Below are positions 46,896-55,712 of a stretch of 64,000 nucleotides of DNA, piece after piece (position 1 is the first letter of the stretch; every line of letters starts with the position of its first letter). Location: contig JAMCPI010000016.1 in NCBI GenBank assembly GCA_023379805.1, positions 8,514 to 72,513 of the forward strand, written 5' to 3'. The notes below the pieces were generated by a model. That model was not told the DNA's origin, made no database searches, and was given only the letters and a program-made list of their open reading frames with translations. Made by a program: the position numbers and the translations under genes. Source of the DNA: Nitrososphaerota archaeon (lineage in GTDB: Archaea > Thermoproteota > Nitrososphaeria > Nitrososphaerales > JACPRH01).

Positions 46896-47782
46896 GCTCT
46901 CACCACTAACTCCATAGCGTGTCCCGCTATCTTTTCTTGCTTTGTCTTTTCGGTTGTGGCTAGTCTTATCAGGTTCTTCCACCCTTTCACTTCTATGCCT
47001 GCCGCTTGAGCTGGCGTCATCTTTATGCTTTGGTGTTCGCGGCAGAAGTTATAGTGAGTGACCCAGCCATCTAAGAGAGCTTGAGCGGTTGCCTTGCTCT
47101 TTAATCCTCTCATCGGCTTTGTTCTATCCTTAAGTGATCCGTGTAACCTCTCTACTATGTTGTTTGTCTCTCTCGCACGTATGCCTACACGCTTGACTAG
47201 CTCAGGCTGACTAACCTTGTTTGGATTACCGAAGGCAAACCTAAAGGCGTCATCGTAGGTGTTTGAGCCGTCCACAAAGATTGCGTTTGGTTGCGGGTTG
47301 CATCCTTCCTTAATACGCTTGAATTGCTGATATGTTTCGGCTAGGCTTCTACTGTTTGACAGGTATGATGCGACTAGAAAGCGGGTTTCCTCATCGATTG
47401 CCTCCCAGAACCACCTATTCGAGCCGTCAATCTTTACTACGGTTTCATCGTGGTGGATTTTGCCTGATACGGTGGGTGTTAAGGTTCTTGCGTATTCAGC
47501 TGCTAATGCGCTGAACTTCTGAACCCATATCCAGATTGTTCCCTGATTTACTTCTTCTCCTAAGATGTCTCTTAGCTGTCTCTGAACTTTGCGAACCGAT
47601 AATCCTTCAAAGTATAGGTTCATCGCGGCAACCACGATATGCTGGTTAACTCTCATTCGTGGTAATTCGTTTCCATTGTCAACAAAGTGGTGTCCACATT
47701 CTTTGCATAGGTAGCGCTGAAGGTTGCCCTTCATACCGTGCTTAACCACATCTGCGCTTTGGCAGAATTTGCAGGTCGCCAT
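46892..47782 (-). CDS. IS6-family DDE transposase with an N-terminal zinc-ribbon
   Basis: 296 aa. CKFCQS...QRYLCKECGHHF (zinc ribbon). DDE blocks HHDETVVKIDG...WFWEAID, IFVDGSNTYDDAF, ETNNIVERLHGSLKDRTKPMRGLKS, matching the IS6/IS26-type pattern (from memory). Confidence 0.85.
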   Translation of the reverse strand: MATCKFCQSADVVKHGMKGNLQRYLCKECGHHFVDNGNELPRMRVNQHIVVAAMNLYFEGLSVRKVQRQLRDILGEEVNQGTIWIWVQKFSALAAEYARTLTPTVSGKIHHDETVVKIDGSNRWFWEAIDEETRFLVASYLSNSRSLAETYQQFKRIKEGCNPQPNAIFVDGSNTYDDAFRFAFGNPNKVSQPELVKRVGIRARETNNIVERLHGSLKDRTKPMRGLKSKATAQALLDGWVTHYNFCREHQSIKMTPAQAAGIEVKGWKNLIRLATTEKTKQEKIAGHAMELVVRA

Positions 47783-47960
47783 CTTCTTCCCCGTATATCA
47801 GTTATATATCACACTATATATGTATATCTAAAGTATATTAAAAACATATCAGTGTTGCCGTAGGTGAATGTTGGTTCATTGATACATGGAACGGGATTCT
47901 TGATTTGAGCATCAGTATGGTATCGCATTTTTATACCAGCTCCGTTAAGGTCGAATAAAA

Positions 47961-49043
47961 TTGAAGAATCAACGGTTACAACGATATTACAGTAAAGTGA
48001 ATCCGCACATCCAGCCTTACAAATTTAGCACGGTCATAATTTACTTCTTGCTCATAGCCAATTTAGTAGCGGCCACGTTATGGTTACTCAAGTCTAACAA
48101 TGCGGTTGTTTCGATTGCGCCAACCGCTATACTATATCTTGCAGAGGCAAATGGAGTCGCGTTTGCCTTCGTCTTCTCTATCGGCATATACGTGATGAGA
48201 AGGTCTGACGAGATAATATCAGAAAGAATGCCCTTATTCGGATACTACACGATTTGTTACATCATCCTTTTCGTGGCAAGCATAGTCATGCCAATAATCG
48301 CCTCAACAGTTACCGAACTAATCCCTTTGGCTATTTCTCTAAGCGTAGTTTCGCTAGCTCTAATTCCATTCACGTTTGACAAATTCAGGTACAGACTTTC
48401 TCCTAGCTCAATACTCGGGTTCGTGTACAAGAATGCTAAGGAAAAAATCGCTTTGGGCGACTTAGATGGAGCTTGGAGTTACGCTGTAGAGATGGATAGA
48501 ATTGCAAAGGTCATTCATAATGACAATGTTGATCAGTTTGCCAATACTCTCGCGTTAATGCTGGTTGTTATGAACGATGGGGAAGTCGCGCTTAAGGACA
48601 AAAACCAAAAGGTGACCTTTCGTGGTGAGAACCATCCTCACTATTGGATTGACGTTTTCAGATTAAGGTTAACTTGGATTGGTCAGGTGGTGGTAGATGA
48701 TTTTCTTGCTTTTGAGAGGGTCTGCATTGAGGTTGTGGCTAATAAAAACTTCAAAACTTACAGATTCGCTCGCACCGAATACAACATGTCTTTAGTGACA
48801 ATTTGGATGTTGTGCCATTTTGCATTCAAAAGAGGATACACCGAAAGCGCTGAAAAAGCTCTACGTCTCGCTATCCGTGAAAGCGTCGCATCCATGGCGC
48901 TCCCATCATTTGCATTAACCGTACCTGAAGACGAATTCTTAGAATCTGTTGATGGACTTATGTTTTCAAATCCAGATTTAACCCCGCAACTTGTAGCGCT
49001 GAAAACTGACTTCCTTGCACTCAAAGAAAAGAAACAAGGTTAG
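47961..49043 (+). CDS. hypothetical membrane protein (4-5 N-terminal TM segments plus a ~210-aa soluble helical domain)
   Basis: 360 aa. AT-rich codon usage like the rest of the transposon. No family recognised. Confidence 0.55.
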   Translation: MKNQRLQRYYSKVNPHIQPYKFSTVIIYFLLIANLVAATLWLLKSNNAVVSIAPTAILYLAEANGVAFAFVFSIGIYVMRRSDEIISERMPLFGYYTICYIILFVASIVMPIIASTVTELIPLAISLSVVSLALIPFTFDKFRYRLSPSSILGFVYKNAKEKIALGDLDGAWSYAVEMDRIAKVIHNDNVDQFANTLALMLVVMNDGEVALKDKNQKVTFRGENHPHYWIDVFRLRLTWIGQVVVDDFLAFERVCIEVVANKNFKTYRFARTEYNMSLVTIWMLCHFAFKRGYTESAEKALRLAIRESVASMALPSFALTVPEDEFLESVDGLMFSNPDLTPQLVALKTDFLALKEKKQG

Positions 49044-49055
49044 AACCATTACGAT

Positions 49056-49080
49056 CTATGTACCTTAACTAGACAGAACC
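49056..49080 (-). repeat. right terminal inverted repeat of the transposon
   Basis: ctatgtaccttaactagacagaacc is the reverse complement of 43743-43767. Confidence 0.85.
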
Positions 49081-49088
49081 GTTTCCGA

Positions 49089-49104
49089 AAACCAAAACAA
49101 TCTT
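49089..49104 (+). repeat. partial third copy of the start of the non-coding repeat family
   Basis: aaaccaaaacaatctt matches the first ~15 nt of copies 1 and 2 only. It lies directly after the transposon end. Confidence 0.4.
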
Positions 49105-49158
49105 ATACGCCTATTTATTCTGGAAGTACAGCGAAAAAGTCAATATCAAGGTGATTAG

Positions 49159-49401
49159 ATGGAAACCAAATACACCGTCAAGATAACTACAAAGGACAAG
49201 CCTGCACGGATCTCAAAAGAGGTTCAAGAAGGCCTAAAGGGTGTTTTAAGCGCCAAGAAGGTACGTGAAATGAAGCTCGAATACGTAGACTGCCCAGTCC
49301 TTCAACGTGAAGCCCCCTTCCTTGAATGCTTCGTCTGCCCAAACCACATTCGACGGTACAAGGGCGAGGTTCACTGCGCCGGCAACCCACTACCTCAATA
49401 A
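49159..49401 (+). CDS. hypothetical small Cys-containing protein
   Basis: 80 aa. C-x12-C-x2-C-x12-C spacing. It overlaps antisense ORFs of similar size, so coding status is uncertain. Confidence 0.35.
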   Translation: METKYTVKITTKDKPARISKEVQEGLKGVLSAKKVREMKLEYVDCPVLQREAPFLECFVCPNHIRRYKGEVHCAGNPLPQ

Positions 49402-50231
49402 AGCCGTCCACAACGCAAAACACAAGCGCAGCCAGCCTCAAACGGCTCCTACCTTATATCTCCTCACGTCCACCGCTTGCTTCGCAGATGCCGCTTTTTG
49501 TTACCTTGCTACGCCCCATCTTCGACGCTGCGCAAGGTCAACCCGCATCTTCTGCTCATCCGAAAGATTCTCCCCACAGGACTTGTGATACGGACTCAAC
49601 CTGTTATTCTGATCCAAACGGTAAAGAACATCTTCCCGCTTCACATCCTTGCATTGACACATACAGAGACCCACCGCACAAATCATAATTAAACCGATCG
49701 GCTCACCGCAGACTCCCAACTATACCCAAAACTAACCAATAATCTTCACCATTCTACCAATTACATTTTAATTATCAATCAACAACTTTCAGCTCCGAAC
49801 GACCCTTCCACCATTTCTAACATACTAACAAAAGGAATCACTGGGATGTAGTCTTGCAAGCCGGCGTCATGGATCCTTGCAACTCATGCAGCAGTAGGTA
49901 CTCTACTTGATGCAAATCCAGTAATGCAACAACTGGTTTTCTACAGGCATTTCTATCCTTTTTAAACCTCCCCCCTCGGCCTATGGCAGCACTGGTGCCG
50001 GCGCACCAAGGCGTACTAGTTTAACCAAAAAAACATTACAAGTAATCAACCGCCTAAGGTCGATAAAGATATCGTTAACTCCACCTATCAAAGCTCAAGA
50101 AATGCCGCATCTATCCTATCTGGAAGATATGATCAGCGAGCTGGACTCCTTTCCTGCCTGCATCGCACCAATATGCGCAAAGCAATCTAAGCGTCTAAAG
50201 TCAAAAAATGTATGTGGATTCAATGGGGCGA

Positions 50232-50948
50232 GATGTTGTTAGGATAAGCCGTTGAGTAGCACCCAGTTGTAGGTGGCTGTGAATGCTTCTAGGAATATCG
50301 TTATGGATTGTATAGTTGAGCGGTAGGGGAAGTTGTTGTAGAAGCGTTTTAGCTTGGCCTTGAGGATGCCGAACCATCTTTCGATGCGGTTCCTCATACC
50401 AAAGGTTTCATGCCTGAACTAACTGGTCTCATGCCTATACTCTAGGCCAAGCCTCTTGAATGCTTCCGGATACCAAGGCCCCTTATCCACTAGGAACAAA
50501 GGCTTGTTGGCGCAGTACTGGAGAACCTGTTTGAGGAAGAGTTCAGAGTCGAGAATGCTTCTAGCAAAGCTGCATCTGACTGCTAGGATTTCCTTAGAAT
50601 CAACATCTCGGGCTGCCCAGATGAATATCTGCTGCCCAACCAGCTTAGTCTTGGTCTCATCCACAGCAACCGCTCTTCGACTCTTCTTCTCAGGCTCAGG
50701 GAAAGCCTTCCTCAACGCAATGAACGCATCCCTAACACTGACGTAAGAGATGCTTCCACCCATCATCTCAGAAGCCTTTCGATACGACAGGCCTGCAAAG
50801 CACAACATAGCAGCCAATACCTTGCTCTCAGCAGGAACCTTATTCCTCTGAAACACACCTGACTCCCTAACCCTACTAACCACCACCTCAAGAGCACACA
50901 TAGGATTACAATACGCACAGAACCGTAAAACCCTATCCTAACAACATC
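50232..50948. mobile_element. IS6-like insertion sequence (717 bp) with 14-bp perfect TIRs and an 8-bp target-site duplication
   Basis: TIRs are gatgttgttaggat (50232-50245) and atcctaacaacatc (50935-50948). The flanking direct repeat is tggggcga (50224-50231 and 50949-50956). Confidence 0.8.
50239..50901 (-). pseudogene. IS6-family DDE transposase interrupted by an in-frame TAG inside a 21-nt tandem duplication
   Basis: The track ORF ends ...GLEYRHETS*. The same frame continues FRHETFGMRNRIERWFGILKAKLKRFYNNFPYRSTIQSITIFLEAFTATYNWVLLNGLS* (my translation). DDE blocks are AVDETKTKL, LFLVDKGPWY, NRIERWF. The duplicated tcatgcct lies at 50408 and 50429. Confidence 0.8.
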
Positions 50949-51004
50949 TGGGGCGATGCCGAAATGCTTTTCGGTAACCACCAATTATCTCATCGAGATG
51001 CGAT

Positions 51005-51385
51005 TTGGCCCGCTGCCCCGAATGTGGAACAGAAAACCAGACACCTACTAGAACGTGGAGAGTGCTAGATGAACCGACGCAAGCCGGTCGTTTTACGGAG
51101 AGAAGCGTAGGTATCTTTCAATGCACCCGTTGCGGAGCAGTTTTTCCCCAAGTTGTGGGTCGACGACGTCTAGCCATCATCGATGCCGACGAGTATCTCA
51201 AGCTGCAGAAAGAACTGGAGAATCTTCGGGCTGAGAACGCGAAGCTAAGGGATGATGCGGACCTGGGTCATCTACAGACATCAGTAGAGGCCCTAGAAAA
51301 AGAGGTCTCAGCCCTCCAGAATGAGAAGAAGGAGCTTGAAGCCCGTCTTGCTCAAGGTAACGGAAGCTTAGACCAAGTTCCGTAG
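51005..51385 (+). CDS. zinc-ribbon plus coiled-coil protein
   Basis: 126 aa. CPECG...(25 aa)...CTRCG, then a heptad-rich tail (LQKELENLRAENAKLRDD...LEKEVSALQNEKKELEARL). TTG start. Confidence 0.5.
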   Translation: MARCPECGTENQTPTRTWRVLDEPTQAGRFTERSVGIFQCTRCGAVFPQVVGRRRLAIIDADEYLKLQKELENLRAENAKLRDDADLGHLQTSVEALEKEVSALQNEKKELEARLAQGNGSLDQVP

Positions 51386-51699
51386 CGAACTGGGGAGCTC
51401 TGACCCGTAGAAGGTACATTCTGCACAGGCTTAGTAGACTCGACTGCTTGAGCGGGCTTTTGCGCGGCTGGCTTCGCCTGCTGCTGCATCATCATCTGTT
51501 CTTCCAGCTTACCTTTCACGGTTCTTAGTTGAGCAACCTCATCTTCAAGCACCTTAGCTTTCTTTTCAAGGGTGGCCGTTGCAATCTGCTCCTTGATTCT
51601 AGCTACCTCCTGCTGCAGATTCATCTTCTCCTCTTCAAGCTTCTTGACTCTTGATTCTAACTCGACACGTCGACTAACAGGTTGAGGAGCATTTTCCAT
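51352..51699 (-). CDS. coiled-coil protein
   Basis: 115 aa. VELESRVKKLEEEKMNLQQEVARIKEQIATATLEKKAKVLEDEVAQLRTVKGKLEEQ, then a Q/A/P-rich tail. It converges on and overlaps the previous gene by 34 nt. Confidence 0.5.
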   Translation of the reverse strand: MENAPQPVSRRVELESRVKKLEEEKMNLQQEVARIKEQIATATLEKKAKVLEDEVAQLRTVKGKLEEQMMMQQQAKPAAQKPAQAVESTKPVQNVPSTGQSSPVRYGTWSKLPLP

Positions 51700-51875
51700 A
51701 ACTATTCTACTCTCCCATTCTGGAGCTGGCCTAGTGAACCTTTTACATGCGTTGCGAAAAGAATTTGATTAAAACCTAAAACGAACTATACCTAAACACA
51801 TCTTCAGCCAAGACTAAGGTATATTGCAGCGCTGAACCAGACATTCGGATAAGTATATTTTTGGTCAGTAGCTCT

Positions 51876-52226
51876 TCAGATACGCTCAGGCTCTTTTGTC
51901 TTAACCAACTTCTTTGCCGGTTGTCGCCGCTGCCCTTCGAGAAGGTTTAACGCCGTGGTAATGCTCTTCTGAAGCTTCTCACCCTTCTCCGTAACCACAT
52001 ACAGGTTAGGTCGGCTCGGGTTCCGCTTCAGCAGATCCCTATTAGTAAGCTGCTCAAGAAGCAGCTTGGCCCGGGCGTAACTCAAACTGCACTCCCTGAT
52101 TATTCGAGTGATGTTGGCGCCAGGATCCTCGCACTGCTGGAGAATGTCCATAACTATCTCTAAACGACTCCGATACTTCCATCTTTCACTCTCCGGTCGC
52201 GAGGTTGTAGTCGCCAACAGCAGCAA
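51876..52226 (-). CDS. small winged-helix DNA-binding protein (paralog of 24400..24687)
   Basis: 116 aa. YRSRLEIVMDILQQ...LSYARAKLLLEQLTNRDLL...LYVVTEKGEKL parallels YRTQVKIIADILKA...YNRLAKLLRELVTAGLL...KYRISGKGEEF. Confidence 0.6.
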   Translation of the reverse strand: MLLLATTTSRPESERWKYRSRLEIVMDILQQCEDPGANITRIIRECSLSYARAKLLLEQLTNRDLLKRNPSRPNLYVVTEKGEKLQKSITTALNLLEGQRRQPAKKLVKTKEPERI

Positions 52227-52447
52227 ACCCCAGTCTCAATATATCATTACGTAACAAGAACATATAACATTTAATGTAACACCAACCCATCTAAATCCAG
52301 AATACTCATCCTAATCTTTCCTCATCCAGCAACCTTTTCCAGCCTTAACGCTGATCAACAAATAAGTAGGTGCCTCAAGTAATCAGGCGAGGCGAAGAGA
52401 ACTATTTGTCCATCTACCATAAACATCTAAGGGGGTTCAACTAAGAT

Positions 52448-53506
52448 TTGAGCGAAATCAGAAAAGACTACTTCACCAACAGAATATCTTTGGTCTCAAC
52501 AAAAAGAGAACGATTACCCAAACCAAAAACAGAAAATGTGCTAAAAACTCTTGAGAAAAAGACCTTCCCGGACTGCGACTTCTGCCCCGGAAACGAAGAA
52601 AAAACCTCACCAGCCGACATGGTTCTAGTAAAAAAAGAGGGCGCACTGATAAAGCTAAGCGATGAAGAAGGCGAACCTGTGCAGCACTGGGCTGTCAGAG
52701 TCTTCCCAAGCAACAACCCCGCAGTCTCCACAGACCCTTCACCAGCCTACAGCGACCGCCCACTATACAGCGAACCAGCATACGGCCACCACTACATAGT
52801 AGTAGCCACACCCAACCACCTAGAAAGCTTCGCCGAAATGTCCCCCGAGCAGCTATCAAGCGTCCTAACAGTCGTACAGGACAAAGTTAGATGGCTTTAC
52901 GGCCGAAAAAAGGTCTCATACGTAGCAGTCTTCATAGACGCACCGGAAGACTCGAGCAGAACACACGCACACCCACACCTACAGATACTCACACTACCAC
53001 GCCTCCCCCCAATAATCGAGCAAGAGGCGCTCGCCGTCCAAAAATCAATGTACGACCTAGGCATCTGCCCAATGTGCACCGTAGTCAACGTAGAAACCGG
53101 CGGACCACGACAAATCCTGTCAACAGACCACTTCATCGCCATCGCACCTTGGGCCCCTTCACACGTCTACGAGTTCTGGATCTTTCCCAAGCAACACCAA
53201 ACAAGCTTCCTGAAAGCAACTCAACGCGAAGTAACCGACCTAGCGAAGATACTCAGATGCACACTAGGAGGAATGGCCAAAGCACTCGACGACCCCGCGT
53301 TCAACCTTGTCTTCCACATCTCATCAGAGAAGAAAACAACCCGCCAAGTCCACTGGCACATAGAAGTCTACCCTAAGAAAAGCCGCTGGGGCGGAATAGA
53401 AAGAGGAATGGGCGTCTTCATCAACCCAATCTCACCCGAACAGGTAGCTGAAGATCTAGGCGAATACTCACGACGAGAATTCGCACACATGATCGGAGTA
53501 AAGTAA
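52448..53506 (+). CDS. galT: galactose-1-phosphate uridylyltransferase-family (HIT superfamily) nucleotidyltransferase
   Basis: 352 aa. Zinc motif CDFCPGNE and active-site HAHPHLQI (H-x-H-x-Q), followed by a second half-domain. Confidence 0.85.
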   Translation: MSEIRKDYFTNRISLVSTKRERLPKPKTENVLKTLEKKTFPDCDFCPGNEEKTSPADMVLVKKEGALIKLSDEEGEPVQHWAVRVFPSNNPAVSTDPSPAYSDRPLYSEPAYGHHYIVVATPNHLESFAEMSPEQLSSVLTVVQDKVRWLYGRKKVSYVAVFIDAPEDSSRTHAHPHLQILTLPRLPPIIEQEALAVQKSMYDLGICPMCTVVNVETGGPRQILSTDHFIAIAPWAPSHVYEFWIFPKQHQTSFLKATQREVTDLAKILRCTLGGMAKALDDPAFNLVFHISSEKKTTRQVHWHIEVYPKKSRWGGIERGMGVFINPISPEQVAEDLGEYSRREFAHMIGVK

Positions 53507-53580
53507 GGACTTAAGGCCCCGAAGAGACTACTCGGTAAGCGAATCTGCAGAAGTAGAAGCTGCTGTTGTTCACCTATTAG

Positions 53581-54132
53581 TTAGTCAAACTTCAGCATAT
53601 CAGCTTTAGTTATGATGCCCTTGACCTTCTCTCGCTTAGACACCAGCACTGCCTGAAAGAAATCCATGAACGAGTAAAGGAGCTCCACAGGCGTATCTTC
53701 ACTTACCGTTGGGAACGCATCCTCCATAACATCTCTAACGCTCCTATCAAATATTATTCGAGGATCCTTCGCATCTTCAAGCAGCCTTAGAATAGTCCGC
53801 TCCGAGATGCTGCCAACCGACTTCTCACCCTCAAAGACAGGAAGCTGAGAAATCGAGTGCTGCCGCATCAGCCGAGCAGCCTCCTCCAACCTATCCGTGC
53901 TCCTAACGCTGATAATGTGTTTAGCCATAATGTCCTTCGCCTTCTTAGAATTCCTGCGCTGAATATTCTCTAAGGCATCTGACAACGCCTTCGCCTTCGA
54001 ATAACTAGGATCTATGCTCCCTGACTCAATCTTCGCAATCAACGACTGACTAACCTGAGACAACTCCGCCAGCTGCGATTGCGTAAGTCCAAGCTGTTTA
54101 CGAACAGCCGCAACATCACGAGGCTCAATCAT
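53581..54132 (-). CDS. XRE-type HTH plus tandem CBS-domain regulator
   Basis: I prefer the ATG at 54132 (MIEPRDVAAVRKQLGLTQSQLAELSQVSQSLIAKIESG is HTH_3-like). It is followed by two CBS-like repeats (...HIISVRSTDRLEEAARLMRQHSISQLPV... and ...GIITKADML). Confidence 0.8.
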   Translation of the reverse strand: MIEPRDVAAVRKQLGLTQSQLAELSQVSQSLIAKIESGSIDPSYSKAKALSDALENIQRRNSKKAKDIMAKHIISVRSTDRLEEAARLMRQHSISQLPVFEGEKSVGSISERTILRLLEDAKDPRIIFDRSVRDVMEDAFPTVSEDTPVELLYSFMDFFQAVLVSKREKVKGIITKADMLKFD

Positions 54133-54249
54133 ACCCCAGAATATTTTGTCACCATATTTATTACTTTCTGAATAGCACAAACCCCAACAACAAAATCTCT
54201 AAAATCGCAGTGAAGACCACGCGCAGACACGCACTTTTTCAGCAAAGAT

Positions 54250-54420
54250 ACCATGGAGTCTACACTAAGAAACACCTAGTCTCGACGAATAATCCCTGAT
54301 AAAAAAACAATGGGTGAAAAGAAGCTGCTGGCTCAAGCATAATTTTCAAAATCACCCTACCATCTGATGACTACCCCCGCTCCATAGGCGACCATCAAAC
54401 TCGATATCAAACTTGATGTA
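54250..54420 (+). repeat. module A: accatggAgtct - gtctcgac - A7 - gctgct - GATATC-centred 26-bp palindrome
   Basis: ccatgg 54251, gtctcgac 54279, A-run 54301-54307, gctgct 54324, palindrome catcaaactcgatatcaaacttgatg 54393-54418. Confidence 0.7.
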
Positions 54421-55536
54421 TTCATTTTTCCTAAACCTTTTCCTACACCTCAACAAACCACTTCCACCCGCTAATTAGCGAAAGTCAACTACAACCTTAT
54501 TCTAGATAACACCAGCATTATCAATTCAACAAATAAGAAAAACGAACCAGCTGCTAACCGCAATACCATCTGTCTTTTTACAAAGTCACCAACGATGAAG
54601 ACTATGGCAACAAATCACTCCTAGAATCGTTTCAATAGCGATTAACCTAAGTCTCGATATACACATACTGTTTGTGTTACTCACCTGACTTAGAACCACT
54701 CCGCGCATTAACCCTATGAAATAATAGGTGTACCCTGCTAGCGGAGTAAAGAACGCCCAACTCACTTTACTCCGACCGTATTAAGCCCGTCTCAAGCATG
54801 CACCCAAAGTCAGCCCGCCTATTTTTTCAAGTTTTTTGGTCGACACCGCTTGTTACAACTTACATTCACTCGTATATGAATAGTAAGATTATACATACTT
54901 ATCATATGCTGTGATTTGACGCTTGTTTTGCTGCAGAATACTATCACTTGAAAACTGAACCTAGTGGCTCAGATCTCTATTGACCGCGAGTATAGCTGAA
55001 CTTCGCTTCTATAATCGGACGGGTGGATGTTGACTACCTGAAGTATTACTCGATCAGGGGTAAACTCTCCTTACTCGATGGCTGCGCGGTCGGTGTTATG
55101 TATAGGCGATCAGCGCCCTATCTGGTCCACAAATCACTTTGACGCAGTTTTCTGCTGGATGAGGGTTGTTTTTTTAATGCTGTTAGGTTTGGTCAGCTCC
55201 TTTGTTCTTGTTTAGTTAGTGTGCCGCCTTTTTTCGTCGGATCCTGTAGAATCGATAAGTCTGGTAGATCAAGGTGGTTTCCATTTTTTCAGGGTTGGTT
55301 TTTGGTCGTTGATGTAAAAGCATCATTGGCGGTATGGCAATATTTGTTTGGCATAGGATGGTGATTGCTTGCCGCTATTGCTAGCTAATGATGGTTTTCT
55401 ATACATAAGGGGTTTAGCGACTTTGGAAGTTCGTTGATGTTTTTGTATCAATATCATCTTCCTGCTTTACTTGAGCGGATTCGTGCACATGTGGGTTTTT
55501 TACGCGTAATTTGTTGGCTTCTTTTTACAGTGTGAC

Positions 55537-55712
55537 ACCATGGGGTCTTGGTTACAATTATGGCCGTCTCGACTGGTTGTTTTTTTGTTGTGGTTTACTG
55601 TTGCTGCTTGACGCGGTGGACTTTGCTTTTACAGGATGTCGCCTCTTGTCATATTTAGTGGTTGGATAGCTTGTAGTAGGTTTTGTCAAGTTTGATATCG
55701 AACTTGATGTTG
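55537..55712 (+). repeat. module B: accatggGgtct - gtctcgac - T7 - gctgct - GATATC-centred 26-bp palindrome
   Basis: ccatgg 55538, gtctcgac 55566, T-run 55580-55586, gctgct 55603, palindrome tgtcaagtttgatatcgaacttgatg 55684-55709. The anchors are in the same order as in module A with near-identical spacing. Confidence 0.7.

Larger units (their letters stand above)
43743..49080. mobile_element. 5.3-kb IS6-like cargo transposon bounded by 25-bp perfect terminal inverted repeats
   Basis: GGTTCTGTCTAGTTAAGGTACATAG at 43743-43767 is the exact reverse complement of 49056-49080. The interior carries an IS6-type DDE transposase plus four other ORFs and looks more AT-rich than the flanks. The left end coincides with the truncation of the PQQ paralog. 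Confidence 0.65.

Noticed and set aside
49307-49719. Cluster of overlapping ORFs (49307..49588, 49326..49688, 49477..49692 on +; 49501..49719 on -)
   Set aside because: They are mutually exclusive frames in a C/A-rich stretch with low-complexity P/S/T/H/R-rich products. I recognised no motif. The stretch is probably non-coding or decayed sequence next to the transposon.
50419-50421. In-frame TAG in the IS6-like transposase as a recoding event (pyrrolysine or readthrough)
   Set aside because: The stop sits inside an obvious 21-nt tandem duplication whose removal restores the family consensus. No pyl genes are seen, so a simple inactivating mutation is the better explanation.
52891-53376. 161-aa alternative-frame ORF within galT
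   Set aside because: It has a P/R/T/N-rich low-complexity translation. The galT frame carries the CxxC and HxHxQ motifs.
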